Positions 49,701 through 60,420 are shown, counted from the stretch's first letter. The stretch is DNA of 64,000 nt from Cenarchaeum sp. (GCA_965206845.1 OZ242221.1:800001-864000); one strand, 5' to 3'. Program-made: numbers and translations. The notes: a model not told the origin generated them from the sequence alone.

Positions 49701-51384
49701 AGGCAGCCTGCTCCCAGTTTTTGTTGGGATAGCCGCAATTACGTTATCGGTTGGCGTCTTTTATTTTATTTTTGTTGACAACCCGGGTGATCCTGCGCAT
49801 ACGGGAACCTGGATTCCCCAGCAGCAGTACCAGCAAACCTTTGAGGAATCGATGTCCATGGAAGCCAGCCAAGACTCCATAGGGTTTGCGGTTGGAGGAT
49901 CCCAAGACGTCGATAACTTTAGAGAGAATATCAAGAATGGCTTTCTTCCGCTATACACCGATATCACGTACGAGGGGCTGTTCTATGACTATTATTTTAA
50001 CACCGGCAGCCAGCAGAGATGTGAAAAGCTGTTTTGCCCCTCATACAGTTATGCGGTATCCAGAGATCCGTTTTCAGACAAGACCGAATACTACCTATCC
50101 GTCGGTCTGAACTCCGGAATAAAAGAGTCCGACTTTGAGCGAAAGAAACTCAACCTGGTTCTGGTGCTGGACGTCTCTGGATCCATGGACTCCACATTTG
50201 ACAGATACTACTATGACAGATACGGGCTGGAACAGCCGCCGGAATCACGTGACGATTTTACAAAGACCAAACTAGCAGTTGCCGGGGAGTCAATAATCGG
50301 CCTGTTGGATCATCTGACTGATGAGGACCGGCTGGGGGTTGTGTTTTTTGAGAGCGGGGCACACCTGGCAAAGCCGCTGGAGAGCATGGGAGCCACCGAC
50401 AAGAAAGCGCTAAGGCAGAGCATTCTGGAGATTGATGCAGAGGGGGGAACCAACATGGCCTCTGGAATACGCATGGGAACGTCCCTCTTTGATGATGTTG
50501 CCGGGTCGGATCAGTCAGAGTACGAGAACAGAATAATCTTCCTCACCGACGCCATGCCCAATCTTGGCGAGACCGAGAAGGACGGGCTGTTTGGCATGAT
50601 AGAGCAGAACGCTGGACAGAACATCTACACTACGGTAATTGGCATAGGAGTGGACTTCAACACGGAGCTGGTGGACCACATCGCAAAGGTTCGGGGAGCT
50701 AACTACTATTCAGTTCATTCCCCGTCCGAGTTTCAAGAGAGAATGGTCGACGAGTTTGAGTTCATGGTGACTCCTCTGGTTTTTGACCTGACGCTGGATA
50801 TGGACGCAGCAGGCTATGAGATTAAGAACGTGTACGGATCTCCAGAGGCGGATCAGTCTACCGGGCAGATAATGAAGGTAAACACGCTGTTTCCGTCCAA
50901 GGTGTCAGACGGCCAGACCAGGGGCGGGCTTGTTCTGCTAAAGCTGGAGAGGCTGTCCGATGACGGGACAATTACGCTCACGGCCAGCTACAGGGACAGG
51001 GCCGGGCAGCAGGATCACGATACCGTAGCCGTAACCTTTGAGGACAGCGAACCCGACCTTTACCAAAATACCGGAATCCAGAAGGGCGTCCTGCTTACAA
51101 GGTATGCAGAGCTGATGAAGTGGTGGATATATGATGAGCGCAGCTCGCATGCCAGCGGCACCGTGCCGACCACATCACGCCTGTACGAGGACGGGATCAG
51201 CACGCCGGATTATGTAGAGTCGTTGGGAAGGTGGGAGAGGCAGTCAGTCCCCCTTGGGGTGTCTGACCAGTACGCAGACGCAATCTCACAATTCAGCGCC
51301 TACTTCCAGGAGGAGGCGGCCTTGATCGACGACCCGGAGCTGCTTCAGGAGGTATCAGTCATGCAGAGGCTGGCAGGCTTGTGA
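49678..51384 (+). CDS. Membrane-anchored VWA-domain protein (YfbK-like)
   Basis: N-terminal TM, MIDAS LVLDVSGSM, GGTN, IIFLTDA.PN, IGIG.DFN. Confidence 0.9.
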   Translation: MPRREWARGSLLPVFVGIAAITLSVGVFYFIFVDNPGDPAHTGTWIPQQQYQQTFEESMSMEASQDSIGFAVGGSQDVDNFRENIKNGFLPLYTDITYEGLFYDYYFNTGSQQRCEKLFCPSYSYAVSRDPFSDKTEYYLSVGLNSGIKESDFERKKLNLVLVLDVSGSMDSTFDRYYYDRYGLEQPPESRDDFTKTKLAVAGESIIGLLDHLTDEDRLGVVFFESGAHLAKPLESMGATDKKALRQSILEIDAEGGTNMASGIRMGTSLFDDVAGSDQSEYENRIIFLTDAMPNLGETEKDGLFGMIEQNAGQNIYTTVIGIGVDFNTELVDHIAKVRGANYYSVHSPSEFQERMVDEFEFMVTPLVFDLTLDMDAAGYEIKNVYGSPEADQSTGQIMKVNTLFPSKVSDGQTRGGLVLLKLERLSDDGTITLTASYRDRAGQQDHDTVAVTFEDSEPDLYQNTGIQKGVLLTRYAELMKWWIYDERSSHASGTVPTTSRLYEDGISTPDYVESLGRWERQSVPLGVSDQYADAISQFSAYFQEEAALIDDPELLQEVSVMQRLAGL

Positions 51385-51965
51385 TCCGGAAGGTGCAGCA
51401 TGGGGGCAACGATGTCCAATATTTTTTTATGAACGGCCTGCTTGGTACCTACGGCATCCACGGTCTTCCAGCCCTGCTCGTGTGCAAGATCCTGATATTT
51501 CTGTCTGACGGCATCGGCAAGCTCCATGTTGCTCTCGAAGATGTCCCGCCTTGCCATTTTTCTGTCACACGCCTTTTGCGGATCTATATCCAGCAGTATG
51601 ACCAGATCCGGCTTTGGCATGTCCCGGTCAAGATCCTCAAGAAATCCCCGATCCAGGCCGCCGTTTGCCAGGCCGTAGGCGATATTGGAGGCCGTGTACC
51701 TGTCCATGATCAGTATCGTGCCCTCCGGGCAGCCGGAGATCTCGACTAGCTTCTCCCGCCTGTTCTCTGCCATCAGGCGGTGGATCTCTTTGGGGGACGG
51801 CCGCCCGCTCCCATCCAGCATCGCTTTGATCTTGGAGCCCACAGGCGTCGTGTAGTCCGGAAAGCTGAACAACTTGACAGCCATCTGCTGCTTGAGTCTT
51901 TTATACAGCAGCAGGGACTGGGTCTTTTTGCCCGCCTGGTCGCCGCCCTCAATGGCAATTATCAT
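51345..51965 (-). CDS. tmk: Thymidylate kinase
   Basis: IAIEGGDQAGKKTQ, FP, MDRY..S..AY, PDL...LD. Confidence 0.93.
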   Translation of the reverse strand: MIIAIEGGDQAGKKTQSLLLYKRLKQQMAVKLFSFPDYTTPVGSKIKAMLDGSGRPSPKEIHRLMAENRREKLVEISGCPEGTILIMDRYTASNIAYGLANGGLDRGFLEDLDRDMPKPDLVILLDIDPQKACDRKMARRDIFESNMELADAVRQKYQDLAHEQGWKTVDAVGTKQAVHKKILDIVAPMLHLPDHKPASLCMTDTS

Positions 51966-52026
51966 GGTTAAGACCGATCGGCGCGGATGGCAATAAATAT
52001 CAATTAGCGCCCGCCCGGCGTGTCAT

Positions 52027-53613
52027 CTACCTCCTCCCAAAGGCGGCAAAGACTGCCATGACTGCCAGGGAGCCTGCCATGCCCACGATGCCGGCGGTCG
52101 CGTCTGCGGTGTACAGAAGCGCCGATCCCACAAACATGGCAGATGACAGTATGCTTCCGGGCAGCAGGATGTTGGGCCTTGTGTTTTTGTTAAGCTGGAG
52201 AGATCTGCTTTCGTCAATGAACCTTCTCAGATCCGGGGCAAGTGATATTGTCGCGTCGACAGATTTTACAAAGCGCTGAAACCCGTGCTTGAACTCGTCG
52301 ATGTAGGCGTCCTGGACAAGGTTCTCCTTCTCCAGGATCTCCTTGAGCACCGGGATGAACGTAAAGTTCACTTGGTGGGTCTTGTAGATTCCCTCGATGA
52401 TCGAGGCCATCCTCATATAGAGCGCCAGGTGCTTTGGGAGCATAAAGGGAAACCTGCTCATGGTCTTGTTTGCCAGCTCCATCAGGCCCCTGATCTCCAT
52501 CTCCTCTGGCTTTTTGCCGTGCATCGCCCGTACCGTCAGCTCGATGGCCCGCTCCATTACAGACCTGTTAAAGTCCGGGGCAAGCATCCCCAGCTCGTTC
52601 ATGGCGTTGATTGTTCTGAGGGGATCCTTCTCCACCAGGGCCAGGTACAGGCGAACCAGCCGCTTGCGGGTGTCACCGTCCAGCCTGCCCACCATTCCAT
52701 AGTCATAGAGAACCAGCCTTCCGTCGTCGGTAACAGAGATGTTCCCCGGGTGGGGATCCGCGTGAAATATGGCGTACCGCAGCAGCATGGTAAAGAACAC
52801 CTTGTGGACATCGGTGACCAGCTTCTGCCGGTCGATCCCCTGCTCATCCAGCCTCCGGACATCTGTAACCTTGATGCCGGCGATATACTCCATGGTAAGG
52901 ACACTCTTTGATGAGAACCTGTCGTAGACCCGCGGCACGATGACATCGCTGTTTCCCTTCATGTTCTCCTTGATCTGCTTCAGGTTGTTTGACTCTATGG
53001 TATAGTCCATCTCTTCGTGAATGGTCTCGATGAACTGCGCCAGCATGGCCCTGCCGGACAGGCGAAGATTCGGATCCACGAACCGCAGTGCCCTGGGCAG
53101 CACCCTTTTGAGCACCGCGAGATCCCTCTCCACTATCTCCTCTATTCCCGGCCGCTTTACCTTTACCGCCACATTCTGGCCGTCCACCACTGCAAGATAC
53201 ACCTGCCCCAGGGACGCGCCGGATATGGCGTTCTCGTCAATTGTGTCAAAGGTATCCCGCATGGGGCCCAGATCCCTCTCAATGATGTGGCGCACCTGAT
53301 CAAAGGGAGCCACCGGCACGCTGTCCTGCAGCTTTGCCAGCTCCTCCATATACGGCTGCGGAAGTATGTCTGCCCTGGAAGAGAGCCACTGGCCCAGCTT
53401 GATGTAGACGGGCCCCAGGGAGAGAAATGTGTCAAGTAGCCGCCTTGCGTTCTTTCTGTACCTGTCCTCGTCGATGTTCCTGCCCTCGGTCTTTGCCCAG
53501 TGGCGCCTGTCCCTCCGCAGCGCCATGATCGGCAGCAGCAGCTTCAGCAGCACCTGGATGGTTCGGAGTGTAGAGATTTTAATCGCCCGGGGTTTACTCC
53601 GTCCCCTTGCCAT
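52027..53613 (-). CDS. ABC1/UbiB (AarF) family atypical kinase
   Basis: LGP.YIKLGQ.LS.R.D, ASLGQVY, VAVKV.RP, FHADPHPGN, DYGM. Confidence 0.95.
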   Translation of the reverse strand: MARGRSKPRAIKISTLRTIQVLLKLLLPIMALRRDRRHWAKTEGRNIDEDRYRKNARRLLDTFLSLGPVYIKLGQWLSSRADILPQPYMEELAKLQDSVPVAPFDQVRHIIERDLGPMRDTFDTIDENAISGASLGQVYLAVVDGQNVAVKVKRPGIEEIVERDLAVLKRVLPRALRFVDPNLRLSGRAMLAQFIETIHEEMDYTIESNNLKQIKENMKGNSDVIVPRVYDRFSSKSVLTMEYIAGIKVTDVRRLDEQGIDRQKLVTDVHKVFFTMLLRYAIFHADPHPGNISVTDDGRLVLYDYGMVGRLDGDTRKRLVRLYLALVEKDPLRTINAMNELGMLAPDFNRSVMERAIELTVRAMHGKKPEEMEIRGLMELANKTMSRFPFMLPKHLALYMRMASIIEGIYKTHQVNFTFIPVLKEILEKENLVQDAYIDEFKHGFQRFVKSVDATISLAPDLRRFIDESRSLQLNKNTRPNILLPGSILSSAMFVGSALLYTADATAGIVGMAGSLAVMAVFAAFGRR

Positions 53614-53676
53614 ATAACAGCTCAGATGCGACGCACCCGCCACGGCCCCTGGGCGCCAAAGGCAAGCGGCTGTCCT

Positions 53677-54654
53677 CTAAAACGTGCGGAGATTGGAGAA
53701 CGTCCTGGGGGCAGAACTCGTGGCAGGAACCGTGTTTTCTGCCCACTGCTGCTCCAAGTGCAGCGTGGGCGATGTCTCTGCCTTCCTTATGTTATCCAGC
53801 ATCCACTCCTGCGAGTATTTTGTCGATCTGGCAATGAAGAGATCGACAGACTTGACCCCGGGCATCTCCCTTATGCTCTGCATGGTCTCATCCATCTCGT
53901 ATATGTCGTCACTGTACAGAAACAGCACGATCTGTTTCTCCATCAGGAATGGAACCTCCAGAAAGTTTCTTGAGAACATGTGCGCCAGCTTCCCGAACAT
54001 GGGCTTTGCCTCTCCGGTAACCTGGATCATTATGGCGTGTGTTATAAAACCCCGGATCTTTGTGGGATCATAGTCCACGGTAAAGTGGATGCCGTCATCA
54101 CCGTGCAGCCTGTCAATACAGCGGGATACGGTCTTTGTGGACAGGCCAGTCTTTTTTGCAATAATGTCTATCTTCTCCCGGGGGTTGATCATCAGCTCCC
54201 TTATGATCTGCATGTCCGTCTTTGTGAAACGGGGGCTGACGCTCCGTTCAGGTTCAAAGATTGACAGAACGCGCATCCCGTCTATCTTCTCTGCCAGCTC
54301 GACCTTCTCTTGCACATCATCCCTCACTATAACTCCACAGACGGTAAACCCGCCCACACAGGGAGCTACCAGAAATGGCTCCCCCATGGATCGCATGTGG
54401 CCCAGCATCTCCTCCATGCGCTGTCCTAAAACTACAGTGTAGAGGGTGCTGTGCCCCAAGGTCGGCGGGTCTATCCTTACCACAAAGTCCAGAATAATCC
54501 CGCGTCTCCTCATCCTCCTGATCCTTGCATTTACCGTGCCGCTGGCAATGCCGATCCCCTCGCCTATCTGCCGCTCAGACTCCCGGCAGTTGTTCAGCAG
54601 CCTGCTCAGAATCTGCATGTCCAGTCTATCCAGTTTATCTTTCATTCCAGACAT
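53677..54654 (-). CDS. Duplicated Lrp/AsnC-family transcriptional regulator
   Basis: Two Lrp HTHs: LD.QIL..L..N.R..IG..V..RI and D..II.EL..NPR..IAKK.GLS..TV. Confidence 0.88.
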   Translation of the reverse strand: MSGMKDKLDRLDMQILSRLLNNCRESERQIGEGIGIASGTVNARIRRMRRRGIILDFVVRIDPPTLGHSTLYTVVLGQRMEEMLGHMRSMGEPFLVAPCVGGFTVCGVIVRDDVQEKVELAEKIDGMRVLSIFEPERSVSPRFTKTDMQIIRELMINPREKIDIIAKKTGLSTKTVSRCIDRLHGDDGIHFTVDYDPTKIRGFITHAIMIQVTGEAKPMFGKLAHMFSRNFLEVPFLMEKQIVLFLYSDDIYEMDETMQSIREMPGVKSVDLFIARSTKYSQEWMLDNIRKAETSPTLHLEQQWAENTVPATSSAPRTFSNLRTF

Positions 54655-54742
54655 GTATTAGAACGCCGTTACCTATAAAATTGTCGCATATACGCGACCA
54701 AGGATCAATTGTGTTAAATACAAGACTTTTCATTATGTATCG

Positions 54743-55930
54743 GTGGACTATCATCTAAACCTGGCAAAGAAGATGCTCTTCAGCAAGAGGGGCAGTCTGA
54801 TAGGAGCCGTGCTTGCCGTGACCATAGGCATACTGGTACTCCACGTAAACTCTGTAATATTTCAGGGCCTGTTTGACGCGATCATCAGGGACATAAGCAA
54901 CTACCAGACGGGGGATGTGCTCATCACCAGCGAGGAGGGATACATAGACGAGTCTGATGCAGTACTGCTGGGCACATTGGAACGAATTCCCTACGTCGAA
55001 GCGGCGGCGCCGCGGCTCTCGACCGCGGCGACCATGACCATCTCAAAGAACGGACAGAGTATCGAGGAGTTCAGGGTTCCGCTGACGGGCGTAGACCCGC
55101 TCCGAGATGTCAGGGCATCTACGATTCATGAGACCGTGGTCGAGGGCCAGTATGTCTTTGCCCGGAACTCGATGGTGCTTGGAGCCATTGTGGCGCGGGA
55201 CCTGGGCGGGGCGCAGGTAGGCGACAGTATAGAGGTGACGGTTACAGACCGGTGGGGGCAGGAGCAGACCCGCCGGTTTATAGTAACGGGCATAGCCAGA
55301 TCCCCCGGCGGCCAGGGCTTTGACTATACTGCCATAGTACACATAGATACGCTGCGTGATATGTTGGATCGGGCTGGCTCCTCGGAGCGCATAATGGTCA
55401 AGCTAAGCGACAAGTCCAAGGCGCTGGAGGTAAAGAACACATTCCTGCTGTCCTTCCCCCACGGGGATCTGGAGGCACAGACGATAGAAGAGGCTGCAGA
55501 GCAGCAGCTGGCAGGGTTCCGGTCGGGAATAGCCATGATAAACATGATCGGATACTTTGGAATGATGTCATCGGCCTTTGCCATACTCACAATCCAGATG
55601 ATGCTGGTAAACGGCAAGACGCGGGAGATAGGAATCATGCGCTCGATAGGCGCCAGAAGGAGGGATATCCTGCTCGTATTCATACTTCAGGGAATGATAA
55701 TAGGCGCAATAGGCGCATCTGTGGGAACCGCCGCAGGGCTGGGGTACACCTTTTATGCAAAGGAGACCAAACTGTCCTTCAACAACAGCCTGCCTCTGGA
55801 GGTAAGCTACAACTGGGAAAAGATCGTCCAGACGGCACTGGCCTCCTTTGGGCTTGCCATGCTTGCGTCCCTGTACCCGTCGTACCGGGCTACAAAGCTG
55901 CAGCCCGTGGAGGCCATGCGCCTTGCATAG
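54743..55930 (+). CDS. MacB/LolE (FtsX-like) ABC permease
   Basis: TM + large extracytoplasmic loop, REIGIMRSIGA and YP..RA..L.PVEAMR. Confidence 0.92.
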   Translation: MDYHLNLAKKMLFSKRGSLIGAVLAVTIGILVLHVNSVIFQGLFDAIIRDISNYQTGDVLITSEEGYIDESDAVLLGTLERIPYVEAAAPRLSTAATMTISKNGQSIEEFRVPLTGVDPLRDVRASTIHETVVEGQYVFARNSMVLGAIVARDLGGAQVGDSIEVTVTDRWGQEQTRRFIVTGIARSPGGQGFDYTAIVHIDTLRDMLDRAGSSERIMVKLSDKSKALEVKNTFLLSFPHGDLEAQTIEEAAEQQLAGFRSGIAMINMIGYFGMMSSAFAILTIQMMLVNGKTREIGIMRSIGARRRDILLVFILQGMIIGAIGASVGTAAGLGYTFYAKETKLSFNNSLPLEVSYNWEKIVQTALASFGLAMLASLYPSYRATKLQPVEAMRLA

Positions 55931-56609
55931 CGCGCTGGAGATCTGCAACCTGAACAAGGTGTACGGCCAGGGAGCCACCAAGGTGCAGGCGCTGTACGAC
56001 GTCTCATTTGCCATAGAGAGGGGGCAGTTTACACTGGTCGTTGGAAGCTCGGGTTCGGGCAAGTCAACACTGCTGAACATGATAGGGCTGCTGGATCGAC
56101 CCACCAACGGCCAGGTATTCATAGACGGGATAGACACCGGCCGTCTGAGCGAGTCCGGCATGTCCAGGTTTAGAAACAAGAAGCTGGGCTTCGTCTTTCA
56201 GTTCTCCAACCTTCTGGCAGATCTTACCGTGCTGGAGAACGTGATGCTGCCAAGCCAGATAGGCGGCGCCGGCGCGAGTGGAGCCAAGGATGCCCTCGAT
56301 CTGCTCCGGGCGGTTGGGATGAAGGAGTACGCCCACAAGAAGGCCGACGAGATATCCGGGGGCCAGGCGCAACGAACCGCCATCGCCAGGGGACTGGCAA
56401 ACAACCCCACCATCGTTCTGGCCGACGAGCCCACCGGCAACCTTGACTCCGTCTCTGCAGAATCGGTGGTAGACCTTATGAAGTCGATAGCCAGAAAGAT
56501 GGGTTCCACCTTTGTTGTGGTAACCCACGACAGGGAGCAGTTCGGTGACGTGGATAGAGTAATTACCATCAAGGACGGAAAGGTGGCCATGGAGATTCCG
56601 GCATGGTGA
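55923..56609 (+). CDS. LolD-like ABC ATP-binding protein
   Basis: GSSGSGKST, GFVFQF.NL, ISGGQ.QR, LADEPTGNLD, VTHD. Confidence 0.95.
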   Translation: MHSALEICNLNKVYGQGATKVQALYDVSFAIERGQFTLVVGSSGSGKSTLLNMIGLLDRPTNGQVFIDGIDTGRLSESGMSRFRNKKLGFVFQFSNLLADLTVLENVMLPSQIGGAGASGAKDALDLLRAVGMKEYAHKKADEISGGQAQRTAIARGLANNPTIVLADEPTGNLDSVSAESVVDLMKSIARKMGSTFVVVTHDREQFGDVDRVITIKDGKVAMEIPAW

Positions 56610-57949
56610 ACGGGTACGCCTTTGCAGCGCTTGCTGTAGTGATAACGGCATCCGCGCTTCTTGGCAGCGCACAGGGGCAGGTATCCATCTTCGACAGGGA
56701 CTTTGTCGACATCAAGTTTCACGAGGCCTACTTTGGAACCGCCGGCGAGAGGATCGAGGTGAATCCGGGCGACAAGAACGTCCCGTTTACCCTAGTCATG
56801 ACAAACGTGGGCACGCTGGACATTACCGGAATCCGGGGGCAGCTGTCCCCGCCGTTTGGCTTCACCCCCACGGACGGATCTGGTCCGATAATTCTGGCAA
56901 GCGCGGAGAACGCCGCCCGGGCCGGGGAGATATTTACGGTGACATTCTTTGTAGATCTGGGCAGCGATCTGGACATCCGGCAGTATCCTGCCTCGGCCAA
57001 GATAGACTACTCCAGGCTGAGGGAGGCGGGCGTGCGCAGCACCTTCTTTAATTTTGACTTCAAGGTAACGGGCGGAAGCGTCATCAACGTAAATGCCAAG
57101 GATCCGTTCCTGGTCTCGCTACAGAACAACGAGATCGTCATCGAGATCTCAAACAACGGCACGGCGCCGATCTCGGGGGTGGCCATTCAGATAACAAACA
57201 CGCAAGACGCCATGCCGTCTGCGGCGCAGTCAACAAGCAATGTGGAGAGGGTAGTCATACCCGACACAGACTGGAACGTGGGCAACATCAACCCCGGAGA
57301 TGTCAAGTACCTGACAAGCACGATCTACGTTCCGGGGCTGATAAAGGGCGAGACCCTCAGGCTGCCGCTGGAGATCTCCTACTTTAATGCGCACGGAGAC
57401 CGGCAGGTCATCAGCCGGAACGTGGACTTTTACATCCAGGGATTGATCGACATCAGGATCTATAACGTAAACGTGATGGAGTTCTCCGGCAGGCCGACCA
57501 TCATAGGCGAGATAATCAACGAGGGAAACGAGGATGCCCTGTTCGGGTTTGTGATGCTCAAGCCCATAGGGGACTCGAACATCAGCGAGGTTACGCAGTT
57601 CATCGACGAGATACAGACGGACTCGCCGGTCCCCTTTAACATCCAGGTCGGGTTTGACGGTACGCCCCGGTACGGGGAGCACACGGTTGAGATCACTGCG
57701 CGTTACAAGGATTCGCTCCGCGAGGAGCACTTTGTGGCGCATCAGGCCGTGATAACCATTCCAGAGCCCCCGGTAACGAAGAACAGCATATCCGGTCCGG
57801 AGATCCTGGGCTCGCCGGAGGTGGATATCGATGCCCTGCTCTTCGATGACGGGGGCCAGTCCATAGTTCTAGTCGTGGCGGTAGCCGCTGTGATCGGCAT
57901 CGTCCTGTACGCGGTAAAGAGACGGAGAAGAAGAGAAGACGTGTTCTAG
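56603..57949 (+). CDS. Secreted Ig-like repeat (COG1361/S-layer-like) protein with C-terminal TM
   Basis: Repeated N.G motifs (MTNVG, ISNNG, IINEG), signal peptide and TM + RRRR. Confidence 0.75.
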   Translation: MVNGYAFAALAVVITASALLGSAQGQVSIFDRDFVDIKFHEAYFGTAGERIEVNPGDKNVPFTLVMTNVGTLDITGIRGQLSPPFGFTPTDGSGPIILASAENAARAGEIFTVTFFVDLGSDLDIRQYPASAKIDYSRLREAGVRSTFFNFDFKVTGGSVINVNAKDPFLVSLQNNEIVIEISNNGTAPISGVAIQITNTQDAMPSAAQSTSNVERVVIPDTDWNVGNINPGDVKYLTSTIYVPGLIKGETLRLPLEISYFNAHGDRQVISRNVDFYIQGLIDIRIYNVNVMEFSGRPTIIGEIINEGNEDALFGFVMLKPIGDSNISEVTQFIDEIQTDSPVPFNIQVGFDGTPRYGEHTVEITARYKDSLREEHFVAHQAVITIPEPPVTKNSISGPEILGSPEVDIDALLFDDGGQSIVLVVAVAAVIGIVLYAVKRRRRREDVF

Positions 57950-57988
57950 ATCTCGCGGCACTTCCACATGCTGCGTGGTGGCGCGCCT

Positions 57989-58534
57989 CTAGTCCTTGGC
58001 GGGGCGCAGTTTGAGGGCCATCTCCAGCGTTTCGTCGACCATCTCCTTCAGCCGGTCCTGGGCGCCGTCGCCAACCTTGCCGTCCTTTATCAGGTCCGTG
58101 GTGATGTACACGGCCTTGGGGTTTGTGGTCACCCTAAAGTACGACATCAGCTGCGTAAGCAGGGTCTGGACGCAGGTAAATCCGATGTTGCCCGCGGCCA
58201 CAATGGCTAGTCCCGCTACCTTGCCTGCCGTCTCCTTGTAGTTTATGTACTCGAAGAGGTTCTTTAGCGCCGAACTGAAGAGCGAGTTGTAGATGGGAGA
58301 TCCCACGAGCCATACGTCCGCATCGGTAATGTCCCTTGCGGCCTGCTCCGTCGTCTGGTTGTGCCTGCCGTCTCCGCGGAAATAGTCAACATCACCCTCT
58401 GACAGGTTGATGAATTTCACCGTGTGGTCTTTTGTCCTGGTATATTCGTTGACAAACTTCATTACCAGTGTCGTGTTTGACGCCTTTCTTGGGCTCCCGG
58501 AGATTATTACGATCCTCACATTCCGCCTTGCCAA
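57989..58534 (-). CDS. NAD(P)H-dependent FMN reductase
   Basis: ISGSPR..SNT, AD....SP.YN...S..LKN, GK.A. Confidence 0.9.
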   Translation of the reverse strand: MARRNVRIVIISGSPRKASNTTLVMKFVNEYTRTKDHTVKFINLSEGDVDYFRGDGRHNQTTEQAARDITDADVWLVGSPIYNSLFSSALKNLFEYINYKETAGKVAGLAIVAAGNIGFTCVQTLLTQLMSYFRVTTNPKAVYITTDLIKDGKVGDGAQDRLKEMVDETLEMALKLRPAKD

Positions 58535-58833
58535 GCACCGTATTTAAAAGTGGATTAACACACAAAGATGCTCCTGCAAACTCGGTTGATATTCAAAGTC
58601 ACCCTTCACCAGATAACCATCATGCGCAGGTGTTGTGATTTCGTGACGGCTCACCCACGGCGGTCTAAAGTTCATCATTTGTGGCAAGGATATGGCCGTG
58701 TGCGGATCGGATCAGTGGGGGGATCGGGCTGCTCGTACAGCATTCGGGTTGAGCTTGGATCGGCGCCCATCAACCGGGTTTACAGAATAACCCGTGCAAG
58801 AAAAGTAATTTATGTATGTAAAGATCAGCGGCA

Positions 58834-60294
58834 ATGTTGAATAGGGTGCCTGTTATCATACTTGCCGTAATCGCAGTATCGGGGATTGCCGCGATACCCC
58901 TAGTTACAGAGCAGTTTGTCGATGCGGGCACCACAACAAAGGTCCACTTTACAAGAACCGCCACATCCGCACAGGATCCGGCCATTGGCCAGGAGGATGG
59001 CCAGATGACAATGATCCTGGCGCCAAATGCCGGCACCATATATGATGGCTCCCTAACCTATACTGCCAGCGAGCCGGTGCAGCTTGTGGTACTTCACGAG
59101 CTGGCCGCCGGGGATGATCTGGGACAGCCCACATGGACTGTTGACGGCAACACAATCTACGGCGCATCCGTAATTGACCAAGGCGCCAGCGCGGGCACTC
59201 TCGAGTTTACCGGGGCAGGCCTGGCACTGCGCAGCGGGGACGAGTTTGTCTCCACCGTCAGCATCGACGGATGGATTCGTGGCACGCCAGTAGAGATAGG
59301 CGCGCCGAGCGTAGAGGTGAAGGTTGACGAGAGTGAGTTTAGGATCGCGCGGGCACATGTGCCCATTACAATTCCCATGCACGAGGGACTCCATGGCGAG
59401 TCGTCCCTCTACTACATCATAACCGATTCCAGTGATGAGGACTATGCCGAGATGCTCACCGACCATCAGGGCTGGAGGGTTGAGCTTGCTCCGCCGCTGA
59501 AGAGTACTTCGGAGATTGCTCTGGAGAAGGTATACATCTTTGAGAACGGCGTTCACGGTGATGGCATCAAGGGGTATCAGGTGGAGGTATTCTCCAGCAC
59601 CCCGTGGGAGTTTAGCGATTACAGCGAGCTGCGCCAGATAACAACGGTGACATGGAGGATAGGCGAGACGCCCAGGATGCTGGACTCCGAAGCAGAGATC
59701 CTTGACGCCGTGGAGAAGGGACGGATCATGCTTACAGAGGAGGAGACGATCCTGAACATGCCGCAGATTGTGTGGCCCAACGGCCAGCTGCCCGTTCTGG
59801 ATGTCAATATAACCTCGGACGATTTCGGGTATGGTGGCGCGCAGGTAACAGATATCGATACCGGTAACATGACCGTCACGTTTGTCGCCCACCGCGGGTG
59901 GGGTCCGGACGGGGCAACCATATACTACATTGTAACCGGCGCCACGCCCTCCGGGCCTGCAGAGGCCATGGGTGTGGCCGACGTGCCAAAGTATGGCAGC
60001 CTCCTCACAAGCCCGGCAGCAGTTGATCTCTACCAGTTTTCCAACGGCATAAAGGGCCCCGGCGCGCTAGGATTCCAGCCGGGCATCTCCACCTCCGCGC
60101 TCGGTGACGACAGATACAGCCCGATGTGGAGGATATCCCTTATCGAGTGGGTCGACCCCGAGGACGCGGCCATAGTAGAGACCACGGGCGACATCGCCGC
60201 CCTGAGGGCAGAGGGCCTGATCGAGATCACCCTGGCAAGGCCCATGAACATGAACCACGTGGTAAACTGCCCGTTTGTTGATCCCTTCCAGTAG
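58834..60294 (+). CDS. Secreted hypothetical protein with a duplicated domain
   Basis: Signal/TM, then two copies of YYI.T....Y.F.NG..G.G..G.Q.....YS....V/I.W..N.P. Confidence 0.75.
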   Translation: MLNRVPVIILAVIAVSGIAAIPLVTEQFVDAGTTTKVHFTRTATSAQDPAIGQEDGQMTMILAPNAGTIYDGSLTYTASEPVQLVVLHELAAGDDLGQPTWTVDGNTIYGASVIDQGASAGTLEFTGAGLALRSGDEFVSTVSIDGWIRGTPVEIGAPSVEVKVDESEFRIARAHVPITIPMHEGLHGESSLYYIITDSSDEDYAEMLTDHQGWRVELAPPLKSTSEIALEKVYIFENGVHGDGIKGYQVEVFSSTPWEFSDYSELRQITTVTWRIGETPRMLDSEAEILDAVEKGRIMLTEEETILNMPQIVWPNGQLPVLDVNITSDDFGYGGAQVTDIDTGNMTVTFVAHRGWGPDGATIYYIVTGATPSGPAEAMGVADVPKYGSLLTSPAAVDLYQFSNGIKGPGALGFQPGISTSALGDDRYSPMWRISLIEWVDPEDAAIVETTGDIAALRAEGLIEITLARPMNMNHVVNCPFVDPFQ

Positions 60295-60420
60295 GTCCGG
60301 ACTTTTGCCTCGTGCTGTGGGTTGTTCCCCACACACCCGGTAGCTGTGCGGCAAATGCCCGTGGGTTTGGATGCGCAGTTCCCCTAAAGGGATAAATTAT
60401 CTGCGGGCATCAGCAGGTAC

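Noticed and set aside
60295-60420. Cobalamin riboswitch upstream of cbiH
   Set aside because: Only a short hairpin (TGTGGG/CCCACA) is present, the B12-box motifs are not recognisable, and the spacer is short.
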